Below, in pieces: positions 21,235 through 32,200 of a DNA stretch of 64,000 nucleotides. The stretch is taken from positions 704,001-768,000 of the forward strand of contig CAWGMQ010000011.1 of the NCBI GenBank assembly GCA_963823665.1. The letters run 5' to 3'. A program made the translations under genes and the position numbers. Under the pieces are notes generated by a model. The model saw only the letters and a program-made list of their open reading frames with translations. It did not search any database and was not told the origin of the DNA. Position 1 is the first letter of the stretch. Every line of letters starts with the position of its first letter. Origin of the DNA: an uncultured Planctomycetota bacterium (GTDB taxonomy: Bacteria; Planctomycetota; Planctomycetia; Isosphaerales; Isosphaeraceae).

Positions 21235-22047
21235 TCAGTGAGATTTCCGCTTGCCCGGCGGCGTGCCCGTCTTTTCCCGTGCGCGAGAGTCATCCGTCCC
21301 GCGTAGCGCAAGCGATTCCGGGGCCTTGGCATCGAGGCGGGTCAGCGACCGGAAAACCGCCTCGAGCGTTCCCTCGGGCCGGCGTGCCAGCAGGTTGGCG
21401 GTCGTGTCATCCGCCACGATTCGCCCGTCGTCGATCACCACGACCCGCGCACACGTCCGCTCGATGACATCAAGGATATGCGAACAGTAAAGGACGGTTC
21501 TCCCCCGCGCGAGCATCGAATCGATGATCTTCCGGAACGTCAGAACACTCGCGACGTCCAGCCCGTTGAGCGGCTCGTCGAGCAGCAGAACCTCGGGGTC
21601 GTGCACGAACGCCGCACTCAGCAGCACCTTCTGGCGCATCCCTTTTGAAAGCGATTCAATACTCTGGTTAGCGGCCTCGCGGAGCCCAAAGCTCCCGAGC
21701 AGCTCACCGATCCGCCGGGCGGCTTCGCGCCGTTCGAGTCCATGCAGCTCGGCCATCAGCGAAAGGTGCTCATTCGGGGTCAGCGTGTCGTAAAGCGCCG
21801 CACTCTCGGGCACATACCCGATGCGCCGCTTGACCTCGAGCGGCGAGGCAGTTACATCGAACCCACAAACGCGGATCTCGCCCTGAGTGGGCCGGACCAG
21901 CCCCGCGATCATCTTGATGGTCGTCGTCTTACCCGCCCCGTTGGGTCCCAGGTACCCCGTCGCTTCGCCAGGCCGCGCGCTGAAACTCACCCCGCGAACG
22001 GCCTCCTTGGATCCATAAGACTTGCCAACGTCCACCAGCTCGATCAC
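21235..22047 (-). CDS. ABC transporter ATP-binding protein
   Basis: GPNGAGKTT, LSKGMRQ, LLLDEP, SH. Confidence 0.95.
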   Translation of the reverse strand: MIELVDVGKSYGSKEAVRGVSFSARPGEATGYLGPNGAGKTTTIKMIAGLVRPTQGEIRVCGFDVTASPLEVKRRIGYVPESAALYDTLTPNEHLSLMAELHGLERREAARRIGELLGSFGLREAANQSIESLSKGMRQKVLLSAAFVHDPEVLLLDEPLNGLDVASVLTFRKIIDSMLARGRTVLYCSHILDVIERTCARVVVIDDGRIVADDTTANLLARRPEGTLEAVFRSLTRLDAKAPESLALRGTDDSRAREKTGTPPGKRKSH

Positions 22048-22552
22048 GCCCCGCCCCCGGTAAACGCAACGAACTCGATCGCAGCGTCACCGCGACCGCG
22101 CGAGCGCTCGGAAGTTCCCACCCTGAAAGGGCCCAACAACAAGGCCCGAGGCACCGCTCTGGCTTGTCCGACGCACCGACCTGTGTTTCCGGCAAATCGC
22201 CCCGCGAGTCTGAATCTACCCGCAGAAGCCGTTGAAGTGAAGAGACCCGCCAAGGAAATGACTCATCTGGCGTCGAATGACCGGCAGCGGCCTCGACGGT
22301 GCACGTTCAAGTTCCAGGCCCCCCGACTGGCCCCAGCAATCCGCACCGTCCTCCACCACTCCCCTTGTGGGAGAGGGGTCGTGCCATCGCCGTCGCCCGC
22401 CTACTTCCCAAGAGACCAAAGACGTGGGCGTCGATCCCTCGGCGAATGCTGAGCGAGCCGAAGAGGTAAGGCACCGGCCGGCCTCGCACCACCCACACCA
22501 ACCCGAAGCGTAAGCGAGGCGACCACGGTCGACAGGATTCACACAAAGTTCA

Positions 22553-22742
22553 GCTCACGCGAAGCCGCACAGAAAACGCCGTGAAAACCGAGACATCGAT
22601 CGAACAAAGCGCCGGCTGTGTACTGATAATAATCCACATCTCAGCATATCTGACTCGCGCCTTTGCGACTCCGCGTGAGACTCAAGAAACTACCGATCCT
22701 GATATAGTAGTGTTTTATCCGTGTTTGATCCGCGGCTAAACT
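22553..22742. repeat. degenerate intergenic palindromic (REP-like) elements
   Basis: ctcacgcgaagccgca ... tgcgactccgcgtgag imperfect inverted pair; atccgtgtttgatccgcggct. Confidence 0.35.
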
Positions 22743-22827
22743 CTGCGATCCTCTTCGCGTTCACACCGTTCCAGATCCTCCGATTGCTTCCCCGACTCAT
22801 CAATCCCGCAGGTCGGAAAACTCCGCA

Positions 22828-23732
22828 TCACTCGGCGTAGACACTCTTCACGAAGTTTGTTAGGTCCTTGATCGGCCAGTCTGGGTACTTCTCCTTGAAC
22901 TCAGCGGTAAGCACCCGGCCGGCCTCTTCGACGGCAACCCCCTCTTGCTTGAGGCCGACGGCGCGGGTCCGCAGATCGACGATGAAGGCCTTCTCGTTGG
23001 CAACCAGCGAACCGTCGCCCGCGGGGCTGTGGGTCGGCAGCACGTGCTCGGCCCCGAGCTTTTCCACCTGGTCGAGCACCGCGATCCAGCTCGAAGGCGT
23101 GCCGCCGTCGCCGTAGATGTTCGGCACGACCTTGTTCTGCACGACGTCGCCGGAGATCAGGGTCTTGTCGGGCAAGACGAAGGTCAGTTCATCGCCCTTG
23201 GTGTGGGCGCCGCCGAACCACAGAAGTCGAGCCTTCACGTCGCCTCCGAGATCCAGTTCCAGTTCTCTGTCAAAGGTCTTGTCCGGGGCGCGAAGTTTGG
23301 CGTCGGCGAGCAGCTCCTTCCACTTGGGGTTCATGCCCGAGAACCGCTGGATCATCTCCACGCCATGCTTGTCCATCTCGTCCTGCTGCACCTTGGGGCG
23401 AATCAGGATAGTTCCCTCCGGGAAACCGGCCACGCCCCCGGCATGCTCGGGGTGGAAGTGCGTCGTCGTCAGATAGAGTTTGTTGCCGGGCGCGAATCGT
23501 TTCGCCACTCTCGCGACCGTCGCACCATTGCGGGCCCGAGGCCGGTGTCGACGACCAGCGTCGCCTTCTCACCCACGACGATCCCGATGTTCGGCCAGCC
23601 AACAATCTGCCAAACGTGATCCGACACCTTCACAGTGTCTTCGCCCAGGGGTTTGTCTCGGTCCGCATCGGTCTGCGCGTGCGCCGTGGCTGCCACGAAG
23701 CACAGCAAGCCCAGGGAGAGGATGGTCTTCAT
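22828..23732 (-). CDS. secreted metallo-beta-lactamase-fold hydrolase; frameshift near 23535
   Basis: signal peptide, LVVDTG, THFHPEH, HTKGD, ISGD, PTH. Confidence 0.85.
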
Positions 23733-23837
23733 GTTGCCGATCTCCAAGGTCCTTGGCCGCCGCGTTCTTGAGGGCGGCGATCCTCGCCGGTGCCGGGTAA
23801 GTCGCGGCAGAATTCTACGGCGGATCGACCCACGCGA

Positions 23838-23990
23838 CTAAGTGAACGGGGGTTTAGGCCTCCGCCGGCTTCCGGATGAACGGCTGTGCTCGACCGCCGC
23901 TTCCCGGCCACCTTTCGTGGCTTGTGGCGGTTGTGGACGGCCAGGACCCCGTTCAGCTCCATAGCGAAGCCCATCGATGAGCAGGTCGAC
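23838..23990 (-). pseudogene. 3' fragment of a probable TetR-family regulator
   Basis: VDLLIDGLRYGA resembles TetR C-termini; no 5' part present. Confidence 0.45.
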
Positions 23991-24503
23991 CTCAACAACG
24001 CGGCTATCTCGAATACGAGCAAGCTCCCCGGCATGTCCATCGGGGAGTACGCTAAGTTGACCCGCCCGAGCAATGTATCGCTCGATGAAGTGCGCACGGT
24101 GTGGGAAACCAACGTGTTCGGCCCCCTCGCCGTCTACCAGGCGATGCCGCCGCTCCTGCGCGAGGCGCCGCAAGCCCGCATCGTCAATGTGTCGAGCGGC
24201 GTTGGCTCGCTGACGATGAATTCGGCCCCGGCCTACCCCTACCGCTCGATCTTCGGCCCCGTCTACCCCGCTTCCAAGACGGCTCTCAACGCGATGACGC
24301 TCGCCATGGCCATCGAGCTGGAGTCGACCGGGATCAAAGTCAACGCCGCCTCCCCGGGCTTCACCAAGACGAACCTCAACAACTATGCGGGCACGGAGAC
24401 CGTCGAGGAAGGCGCCCGCGAGGCCGTGCGCCTCGCCCTGCTCGGCCCGGACGGCCCGACAGGTACGTACTCGCACGCGAAGCTCGGACAGCTCCCGTGG
24501 TAA
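23991..24503 (+). pseudogene. N-terminally truncated SDR oxidoreductase
   Basis: begins at NNAAIS; IVNVSSG, YPASK, SPGFTKT present; TGxxxGIG Rossmann motif missing. Confidence 0.8.
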
Positions 24504-24617
24504 TCGAACTCGGTGTTGTCGGACCGCCGCGCGCGAGGTTACGATTCGTTGCCTCCCGATCTCGCTACCTGTTTCCTCGTTGCGCCCGCATCCGGGCGCC
24601 GGAAGGATTCGGTCCTC

Positions 24618-25583
24618 ATGACCCGCCGAGAGTTCCTAGCGTTGGCCAGCGCGGCCCCGTTCGCGCGGATGATTCCGTTGCGGCTGGATTCGCCTGCCCG
24701 GCCACTTCGCCTCGGAGTGATCGCTGACCTGCACCATGGCCTCGCCCCCGACGCGCTTTCACGCTTACAGGCTTTCGTGGACGCGGCCCAGAGGCGGCCA
24801 GGGATCGACGCAGTACTTCAGCTCGGCGATTTCAACTATTCGCAGTTGACTTCAAAGGAGTGTGTCGACCTTTTCAACCAGCTAGATCACCCCAAGCTGC
24901 ACGTGCTCGGCAATCACGACATGGACAAATGCGACAAGACCGCCGCCATGAACTTCTGGGGCATGAACACGCGCTACGGTGCGCTATCGATGCACGGATA
25001 CCGGTTCATTGTGCTCGACCTGAACCATTTCAAGAAGGACGGCAAGCTTTACGAGTATGCGAATGGCAACTATTTCGCGGCGGGCGCGAGCTGCAACTGG
25101 GCAGATCCTCAGCAGCTCGACTGGTTAACCCAGGAGCTGCACAAGAGCAAGGAGCCCGTGATCCTGCTCTCCCATCAGCCGCTCGGATTCGCCGAGCCGA
25201 ACCAGCCGATCCCGCCGGAGCAACAGCAGGTTCTGAAGATCGTCGACGAGGCTGCAAAGGCCAACCCACGCGGCGCCGTCGCGGTCAGCATGTTCGGCCA
25301 CCTCCACGTCGACCGCCTGGAGCGCGTTTCGGGCGTGCCCTATTACTGCATGAACTCGGCGAGTTACTTCTGGTACAAAGGGATGCGGGCCTACACCAAG
25401 CCGCTCTTCGCGTTCATGGAGCTGGGGACGGACGGGGTGTTGAAGGTCGAGGGCATGGCCGGCGAATTCGCCGAGCCACCGCCAAGGGAATCCGACACCG
25501 TGCTGGGACGTTCGGCATCGATCCAGCCCCGCGAGATTGAGATGCGAACAGCGGACCCCGGCCACGGGCGGCAGTCGCTTTGA
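24618..25583 (+). CDS. calcineurin-like metallophosphoesterase with Tat-like signal
   Basis: MTRREFL; DLH, GD, GNHD, SHQP, GHLH. Confidence 0.9.
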   Translation: MTRREFLALASAAPFARMIPLRLDSPARPLRLGVIADLHHGLAPDALSRLQAFVDAAQRRPGIDAVLQLGDFNYSQLTSKECVDLFNQLDHPKLHVLGNHDMDKCDKTAAMNFWGMNTRYGALSMHGYRFIVLDLNHFKKDGKLYEYANGNYFAAGASCNWADPQQLDWLTQELHKSKEPVILLSHQPLGFAEPNQPIPPEQQQVLKIVDEAAKANPRGAVAVSMFGHLHVDRLERVSGVPYYCMNSASYFWYKGMRAYTKPLFAFMELGTDGVLKVEGMAGEFAEPPPRESDTVLGRSASIQPREIEMRTADPGHGRQSL

Positions 25584-25696
25584 TTTCGAAGCTGGGCAGC
25601 ACGTGGCACGGTCCGCGGTGCCTTTTCGTTCGACCCGGCGGCGATTCTCGCCAGGCCTCATCCGGCGTACCCACAATGCAGTGCTTTGTCAATTGT

Positions 25697-26482
25697 ATGT
25701 TCAGATTGCGCCGCGTCGCTGCTCCCGCCCTCCGACGGCTCCTTCGGGTCCAAAGCCATCGCACGATCGCCCTGCCCGATCGCAACCGCCGCCGCTTGGC
25801 GGGCGGCGCCCGGAGCCGCACTCTTCCGAACGTGGAGCTTGCTGCTCATCCGGCAAATTGCGCTCGGCTCGTGATCATCTACCCGGGGCTGAACGCCACT
25901 CTGGACGGAGAAAGCCGCCAGTTCACCCAGGCCCATCCGTTCCGCTATCGTCGCCTCGCTGAACGACTCCAAGCCGAGCGGATTGCTGCCGTCGTTCGGC
26001 TCGCCAACCCACCGTGTGGGTATTATGGGGATGGGCAGGTCGCCGTCGATCGATTGGCCCGGGCCATTGATTACGCCTTGGCTCACTCCCGGGCCCTGTG
26101 CGGCCATCGCCGTCCCGAACTCTGTCTGCTGGGGTTCTCAGCAGGGGCAGGCGCGGTCGCCGCCCTGGCCGGCGCCTACCAACCGAAGCGACTGCTGCTC
26201 GTCGCTCCCTCCGGGGATGTCGGCCCCCGACGCATTGTCGCTGGCCTCAGGGAGTACGCGGGCCAGCTCGTCCTCCTGGTCGGGGAACAGGACGAGGTCG
26301 TCGGCCGCGATGCGGCCTGCCTGTTCGATGAGCTCTCGCCGGCCGCGTGCCCCAAGGAGGTTCGTTTCGTGCCGGGTTGTGACCATTTTTTCACCAGGCC
26401 CGATCATGACCAACTTTTGGAAGAGACGAGCTTGAGGGTATTCGCTGGATCGGACGAGGCTCCATCCGGAGCACCAATCTGA
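25697..26482 (+). CDS. alpha/beta hydrolase
   Basis: GFSAGA, GEQDEVV, GCDHFF triad; start uncertain. Confidence 0.75.
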   Translation: MFRLRRVAAPALRRLLRVQSHRTIALPDRNRRRLAGGARSRTLPNVELAAHPANCARLVIIYPGLNATLDGESRQFTQAHPFRYRRLAERLQAERIAAVVRLANPPCGYYGDGQVAVDRLARAIDYALAHSRALCGHRRPELCLLGFSAGAGAVAALAGAYQPKRLLLVAPSGDVGPRRIVAGLREYAGQLVLLVGEQDEVVGRDAACLFDELSPAACPKEVRFVPGCDHFFTRPDHDQLLEETSLRVFAGSDEAPSGAPI

Positions 26483-26523
26483 AAGTCATGCAGGGTGTCC
26501 CGTGCACCCGAGCCCCGCGGCCG

Positions 26524-26889
26524 TCATGCCTTGAGATCCTTCGGGGCTTGGCACCGCCAGGCGTCTTTGATAAGTGGCTCGAGCTCGCGGACGGTCATCG
26601 TGGGCAGATTCACAAGAATGGCGGGAAACTCATTGTAATGTGGTTCCGTGAAGAACTTTGTCGGATCCAGGTCGAGTAAGCGGTCCTTCTCCGCGAGGCT
26701 CGCCACCCGAACCGCGATGACGTCCGGTTGCGGCACTCGAGCCTTCTTCGGCTCGACCCGCTCCATCCACACCCACACAAATCCCTTCAGTTTTCCCTTG
26801 TTGCGAACGGAAAAGGCGAAACGGTCAACAGCCTCCTCGGTCTCGGGCAGCGATAGGGCAATCCGGCGAACGTCAGCCTGAGTTGCCAT
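26524..26889 (-). CDS. MmcQ/YjbR family DNA-binding protein
   Basis: VRRIALSLPETEE...FFTEPHYNEFPAILV...DAW. Confidence 0.85.
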   Translation of the reverse strand: MATQADVRRIALSLPETEEAVDRFAFSVRNKGKLKGFVWVWMERVEPKKARVPQPDVIAVRVASLAEKDRLLDLDPTKFFTEPHYNEFPAILVNLPTMTVRELEPLIKDAWRCQAPKDLKA

Positions 26890-27018
26890 TGGAGTCGCCT
26901 TCAGTCCACTTGGCCCGTTTTGATTGCGGATCGCTCCCCGACGCCATCAATAGGGTCCATGCAGCCGGCCCGCTGCATCGAGTCGACCCTTATGCCGATC
27001 TCTGCCATGGATAGCGCG

Positions 27019-28212
27019 CTACTTCAATTGCGCCAATCGATCGCGTAAGGCGATCGTGGCTGCTTCAAAAACCCTCGATTGTTCCCGATTCCACCGTTGT
27101 GAGTCGATCGCCTCGAGCGCTTGCTGAACCTCGTCTTTGTCAAGGCAAGCGGCAAGGTCGCTTAACGCATCCGCAGCGTAGTTCCTCAAAATCACCATAC
27201 CGGAACCGGCATCGCGCCAAAAACGTTTGTCAGACACTCCTCCAATCGCTAGCTGAACCGCGTTGCGCCGCTGCGCGGCCGGCAACCGCGACGCGAGTGC
27301 TGCGATGCTCGCCACCGCCTGCAAATCGAGCGTCTCATCGACCAATCCGCTCGTCAAGAATTCATAGGCCCTCATGGCCTGGGCCTTATCCAGTATAAAT
27401 CTACAGTTGTACAACAGAGCTTTGAGGGCTTGATTCTGAAATCGCTGTTTCGCCGTGCCTTGCTCAGAAAGTTCCCGCTGCCATTCATCCCATTTCTGAT
27501 CGTGGGAGCGTTGCCAGTCCTCGGCGATTCCGAGCAGTTGGTCGATGGCCTGTTTCTCTCTCGCGTTCTCGAGGTCCAATCGCCTCATCAAGCTGCCTAA
27601 AAGATTGACGCCCCTTCGCCGATCTTCGAAGTCGTTCGACCGTAGACTGGCCACGGCTTTGTCGCAAGATTTGGCAACTTGGTCCGGTGTCAAGACCTTC
27701 GTATCTCTCGCGAGCGCTGCAATCGCCCGAAAAGCAAACTCGGCAAGCTCCCGGTTCTTGGCATCGGCGGCATCAAGCAAGCGCGGAAAGCTCCGATCGA
27801 CGTACGCTTGATTCAGCCGGATTTGCGCCAGGCGCGCCGCGCCTGCGTACTCTGGATCAGTCCCGGTGTAGCCCTGCGTGCAGCAGAGTTTCTCGACGGC
27901 CAGACACGCCCACCCCCGACCTTTGGTATAGCGAGCATTCAGTGCCTTTGCGACAAGCGAGAAATCCTCGTCTTGCAAATCCACCCGGACTCCGCTGCCC
28001 AGCTCGCTCAGTCTCGCGCATTCCGCGTCAGTGAGAATTGTACTTCCGTTGATGGAGACGGCCGCGTTGCCACCCTTCGCATGCGGGCTACCGCTGGTGC
28101 CGCCACCCGCTCTCCCCGATTCGCCGGCGGCGTGCCAAACCGCTCCCAGTACGGTTCCCACCGCGGCGAGCGACAGAAGCCCGGCGACAAACGATACATC
28201 GGACTTTCTCAT
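27019..28212 (-). CDS. exported helical (HEAT-like) hypothetical protein
   Basis: 397 aa; hydrophobic N-terminus; Ala/Leu-rich helices; lower GC than flanks. Confidence 0.6.
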   Translation of the reverse strand: MRKSDVSFVAGLLSLAAVGTVLGAVWHAAGESGRAGGGTSGSPHAKGGNAAVSINGSTILTDAECARLSELGSGVRVDLQDEDFSLVAKALNARYTKGRGWACLAVEKLCCTQGYTGTDPEYAGAARLAQIRLNQAYVDRSFPRLLDAADAKNRELAEFAFRAIAALARDTKVLTPDQVAKSCDKAVASLRSNDFEDRRRGVNLLGSLMRRLDLENAREKQAIDQLLGIAEDWQRSHDQKWDEWQRELSEQGTAKQRFQNQALKALLYNCRFILDKAQAMRAYEFLTSGLVDETLDLQAVASIAALASRLPAAQRRNAVQLAIGGVSDKRFWRDAGSGMVILRNYAADALSDLAACLDKDEVQQALEAIDSQRWNREQSRVFEAATIALRDRLAQLK

Positions 28213-28566
28213 TTCAAATCTCTTGTCGATAGCACGGCCATTTTGTTGGCCTACCCAGTTTTGATAGCCTAAGTTCGCGCGGGATGAATCGCAAGCGCGG
28301 AAAGTTTACGCGCGTCGGCCACATCGACTTCGAGTGGAGAGTCCGGGGAATCGAAAAGGACATCGCGTCAGGGAAAATGTGCTGACCAGTTCAAATCCAC
28401 CTGAACCGAGGCATTGGGGCCAGGCAGGCTATATACTCGTTGTCTGACCCCGTGAAACCGAAAGCGACCTGGAAGCTCATCCAAGTGAGACGGGAACGGA
28501 AAGGAAAGATACCAGAGCTCCCTGAAGGAACTCGGCGCGTAGTTTCCGCTGGGATTCGCCTGTCGA

Positions 28567-29154
28567 ATGGAACCGTCGATGAATGAGGTGACTCGCATCC
28601 TGGACGCCATCGGGGAAGGTGACGCCGTGGCCGCGGCCCAGCTCTTGCCGCTGGTCTACGACGAGCTCCGGCGGCTCGCGGCCCTGAGGATGGCGCAGGA
28701 GAAACCGGGCCAGACGCTTCAGCCGACGGCCCTGGTCCACGAGGCTTACCTGCGCCTGGTCGGCCCTGGCGAGGAGCGGCGATGGGACAACCGTGGCCAC
28801 TTCTTCGTCGCCGCCGCCGAGGCCATGCGGCGGATCCTGGTCGAGAACGCCCGCCGCAAGCGCAGCTTCAAACGCGGTGGCGACCGCCAGCGCCTCGATC
28901 TCAATGTGGAACAACCGGTCGAGATGGAGAGGAGCGCCCCGCTCCTGGCGCTCGACGAGGCCCTCGTTCGGCTCGAAGCTCGCGACGCCGCCAAGGCACA
29001 GCTCGTGAAGCTGCGCTACTTCGCCGGCATGACGATCGAGCAGGCGGCCGAAACGCTGGGCATCTCGGTCACGACCGCGAACCGCTGGTGGAACTTTGCC
29101 CGCGCCTGGCTGCACGAAGAGATCCGCCGCGACCCGGATATCACAGTCGCTTGA
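28567..29154 (+). CDS. planctomycete-type ECF sigma factor
   Basis: LLPLVYDELRRLA, TLQPTALVHEAYLRL, AMRRILVE, VKLRYFAGMTIEQAA. Confidence 0.92.
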   Translation: MEPSMNEVTRILDAIGEGDAVAAAQLLPLVYDELRRLAALRMAQEKPGQTLQPTALVHEAYLRLVGPGEERRWDNRGHFFVAAAEAMRRILVENARRKRSFKRGGDRQRLDLNVEQPVEMERSAPLLALDEALVRLEARDAAKAQLVKLRYFAGMTIEQAAETLGISVTTANRWWNFARAWLHEEIRRDPDITVA

Positions 29155-29271
29155 GACTGCTGAAGTCACGCCCGCCATCCGGTCTGGAAATTTTTTTCGA
29201 TTTGAGTGGAACGATTTCGCGCTGGATTGCGCATGGAGGTACAGGAACAGACCTGTTAGAGGAGAGCCGTC

Positions 29272-32200
29272 ATGCCGACCACCGATCGAGAAGAAGCTCT
29301 TTTCGCCGCGATTCTGGAAAAACCGACCCGGGCCGAACGCGCGGCCTACCTGGAGGGCGCCTGCGGCGCCGACCACCCGCTGCGGGAACGCATCGAGGCC
29401 CTGCTGGCTGCCCACGACGCCTCGAACGGCGTCCTGGATGCTCCGCCTCCTGTGCCAACCACGACACCCCCTCCCCTCACGGAAAAGCCCGGCACGGTCA
29501 TCGGCCCGTACAAGCTGCTCCAGCAGATCGGCGAGGGGGGCATGGGCGTCGTCTACATGGCCGAGCAGCTCGAGCCAGTCCGCCGCAAGGTCGCACTCAA
29601 GATCATCAAGCCCGGCATGGACAGCCGCCAGGTGATCGCCCGGTTCGAGGCCGAGCGCCAGGCCCTGGCGATGATGGACCACCAGAACATCGCCCGCGTC
29701 CTCGACGCCGCCACAACGGAAAGTGGTCGGCCCTATTTCGTCATGGAGCTGGTCCACGGCGTGCCGATCACCCGGTTCTGCGACGACAACAAGCTGACAA
29801 CCCGCGAGCGGCTGGCGTTGTTCGTGCCCGTCTGCCAGGCGATCCAGCATGCCCACCAGAAGGGCGTCATCCACCGCGACGTCAAGCCGTCCAACGTCCT
29901 GGTGACCATGTACGACGACAAGCCGGTGCCCAAGGTGATCGATTTCGGCGTGGCCAAGGCGATCGAGCAACGACTCACGGAAAAGACGATGTTCACCCAT
30001 TACGGCGCCTTGGTCGGCACCTTCGAGTACATGAGCCCCGAGCAGGCGGAGATGAACGCCTTCGGCGTGGACACGCGCAGCGACATCTACTCGCTTGGCG
30101 TGTTGCTCTACGAGCTCTTGACCGGGACGACGCCGCTGGAGCGCACTCGGCTGCGCGAGGCGGCGCTCGACGAGATGGTGCGGTTGATCCGGGAGGAGGA
30201 AGCGCCGCGGCCGAGCCTCCGGCTCAGTAGCTCGGGCGACCTGCCCAGGATCGCCGCCGCGCGCAAGACCGAGCCGGCGCGGTTGTCGAAGCTCGTCCGT
30301 GGCGATATCGACTGGATCGTGATGAAGTGCCTGGAAAAGGACCGGTCGCGGCGCTACGAGACGGCCAACGGCGTGGCCCGCGATCTGGAGCGCTACCTCG
30401 CGGACGAGCCCGTGGAGGCGTGTCCGCCGAGCTCGAGTTACCGGCTGCGCAAATTTACCCGCAAGCACAAGAAGGCAATCGCGACCACGGCGGCGTTTGC
30501 GGCTCTTTTGGTGGCAGGCGTGGTGATGAGCACGTTGATGGCGGTGTGGGCTAACCGGCAACGGATGGCCTCGGAGGTGGCGAGGCAAGAGGCGAACCAG
30601 CAGCGAAGGGCCGCGGAGGCGGCGAAGCAACAGGCCTTGGATGCCAGAGCTGAGGCAGACAGACAGCGCGACGAGGCACGTCTTACCGCCTATGCGTCCG
30701 GGATGGGGCTGGCCCAGCGTGCCTGGGAAGAGAGTAATGTCGTCCGCGCCCGCGAATTGCTCGAAGAGGTGCCCCGGGAGGCGACTGGCAGAACTCTGCG
30801 TGGGTTCGAGTGGTTCTATCTGTCCCGCTTGTGCCATCCCGACGAGCTGACCCTCTCAGGCCATTCCGGGTTGGTCATGAGCGTGGCGTTCAGCGGGGAC
30901 GGTCAGCGCGTGGCTTCGGGGAGCACGGATCACACCGTGAAGATCTGGGATAGCGCCACCGGCAAGGAGCTATTCGACCTCAAGGGGCATTCTGGTGCGG
31001 TCTGGAGCGTGGCGTTTAGCGGGGATGGCCAGCGCGTGGCTTCGGGGAGCACGGATCAGACGGTGAGGATCTGGGATAGCGCCACTGGCAAGGAGCTCTT
31101 CGCCCTCAAAGGCCATACCGGTGAGGTCCCGAGCGTCGCGTTCAGCCCGGACGGCCAGCGCGTGGCTTCGGCGAGCCGGGACCAGACGGCGAAGATCTGG
31201 GACATCGCCACCGGCAAGGAGCTCTTCGCCCTCAAGGGCCATGTCCATTGGGTTTTGAGCGTGGCGTTCAGTCCTGACGGCCAGCGCCTGGCGTCGACAA
31301 GCTCTGACAAGACGGTGAAGATCTGGGATAGCGCGACCGGCAAGGAGCTGTTCACCCTCGAGGGCGATGCAGTTTGGCTCGGGAGCGTGGCATTCAGCCC
31401 AGACGGCCAGCGTCTTGCGTCGACGGGCCCTGACCCGACGGTGAAGATCTGGGACAGCGCGACCGGCAAGGAGCTATTGGCCCTCAAGGGCCATGCCGGT
31501 AGCGTCACGAGCGTGGCGTTCAGCCCGGACGGCCAGCGCGTGGCTTCGGGGAGCATGGATCAGTCGGTGAGGATCTGGGATAACGCCACGGGCAAGGAGC
31601 TATTCGCCCTCAAAGGCCATGCCGGTTGGGTCAGGAGCGTGGCGTTCTCTCCGGACGGCCAGCGCCTGGCTTCGGGGAGCGATGACCAGACGGTGAAGAT
31701 CTGGGACTGCGCGACCGGCAGGGAGTTCTTCGCCGTCAAGGGCCATCCACGTTGGGTCGCGAGCGTGGCGTTCAGCCCGGATGGCCAGCGCCTGGCGTCG
31801 GCGAGCCACGACCGGACCGTGAAGATCTGGGATTGTGCGACCGGCGATGAGCTGGTCGCCCTCAGGGGCCATGACTCTGATGTCACGAGCGTGGCGTTCA
31901 GCCCGGACGGCCAGCGCCTGGCGTCGGGGAGCTGGGACAAGACGTTGAGGATTTGGGACAGCGCGACCGGCAAGGAGCGGTTCGCCCTCAAGGGCCATGC
32001 CGGCGCGGTTCTTACAGTGGCGTTCAGCCCGGATGGCCAGCGCCTGGCGTCGGGAAGCGAGGACAAGACCGTGAAGATCTGGGATTGCGCGACCGGCAAG
32101 GAGATGTTCCCACTCACGGGCCATGCCGGTTGGGTCGCGTGCGTGGCGTTCAGCCCGGATGGCCAGCGGCTGGCGTCGGCAAGCGGTGACCAGACGGTGA

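Noticed and set aside
22828..23732. Antibiotic-resistance metallo-beta-lactamase
   Set aside because: Only the fold motif is evident (HFHPEH); substrate cannot be inferred.
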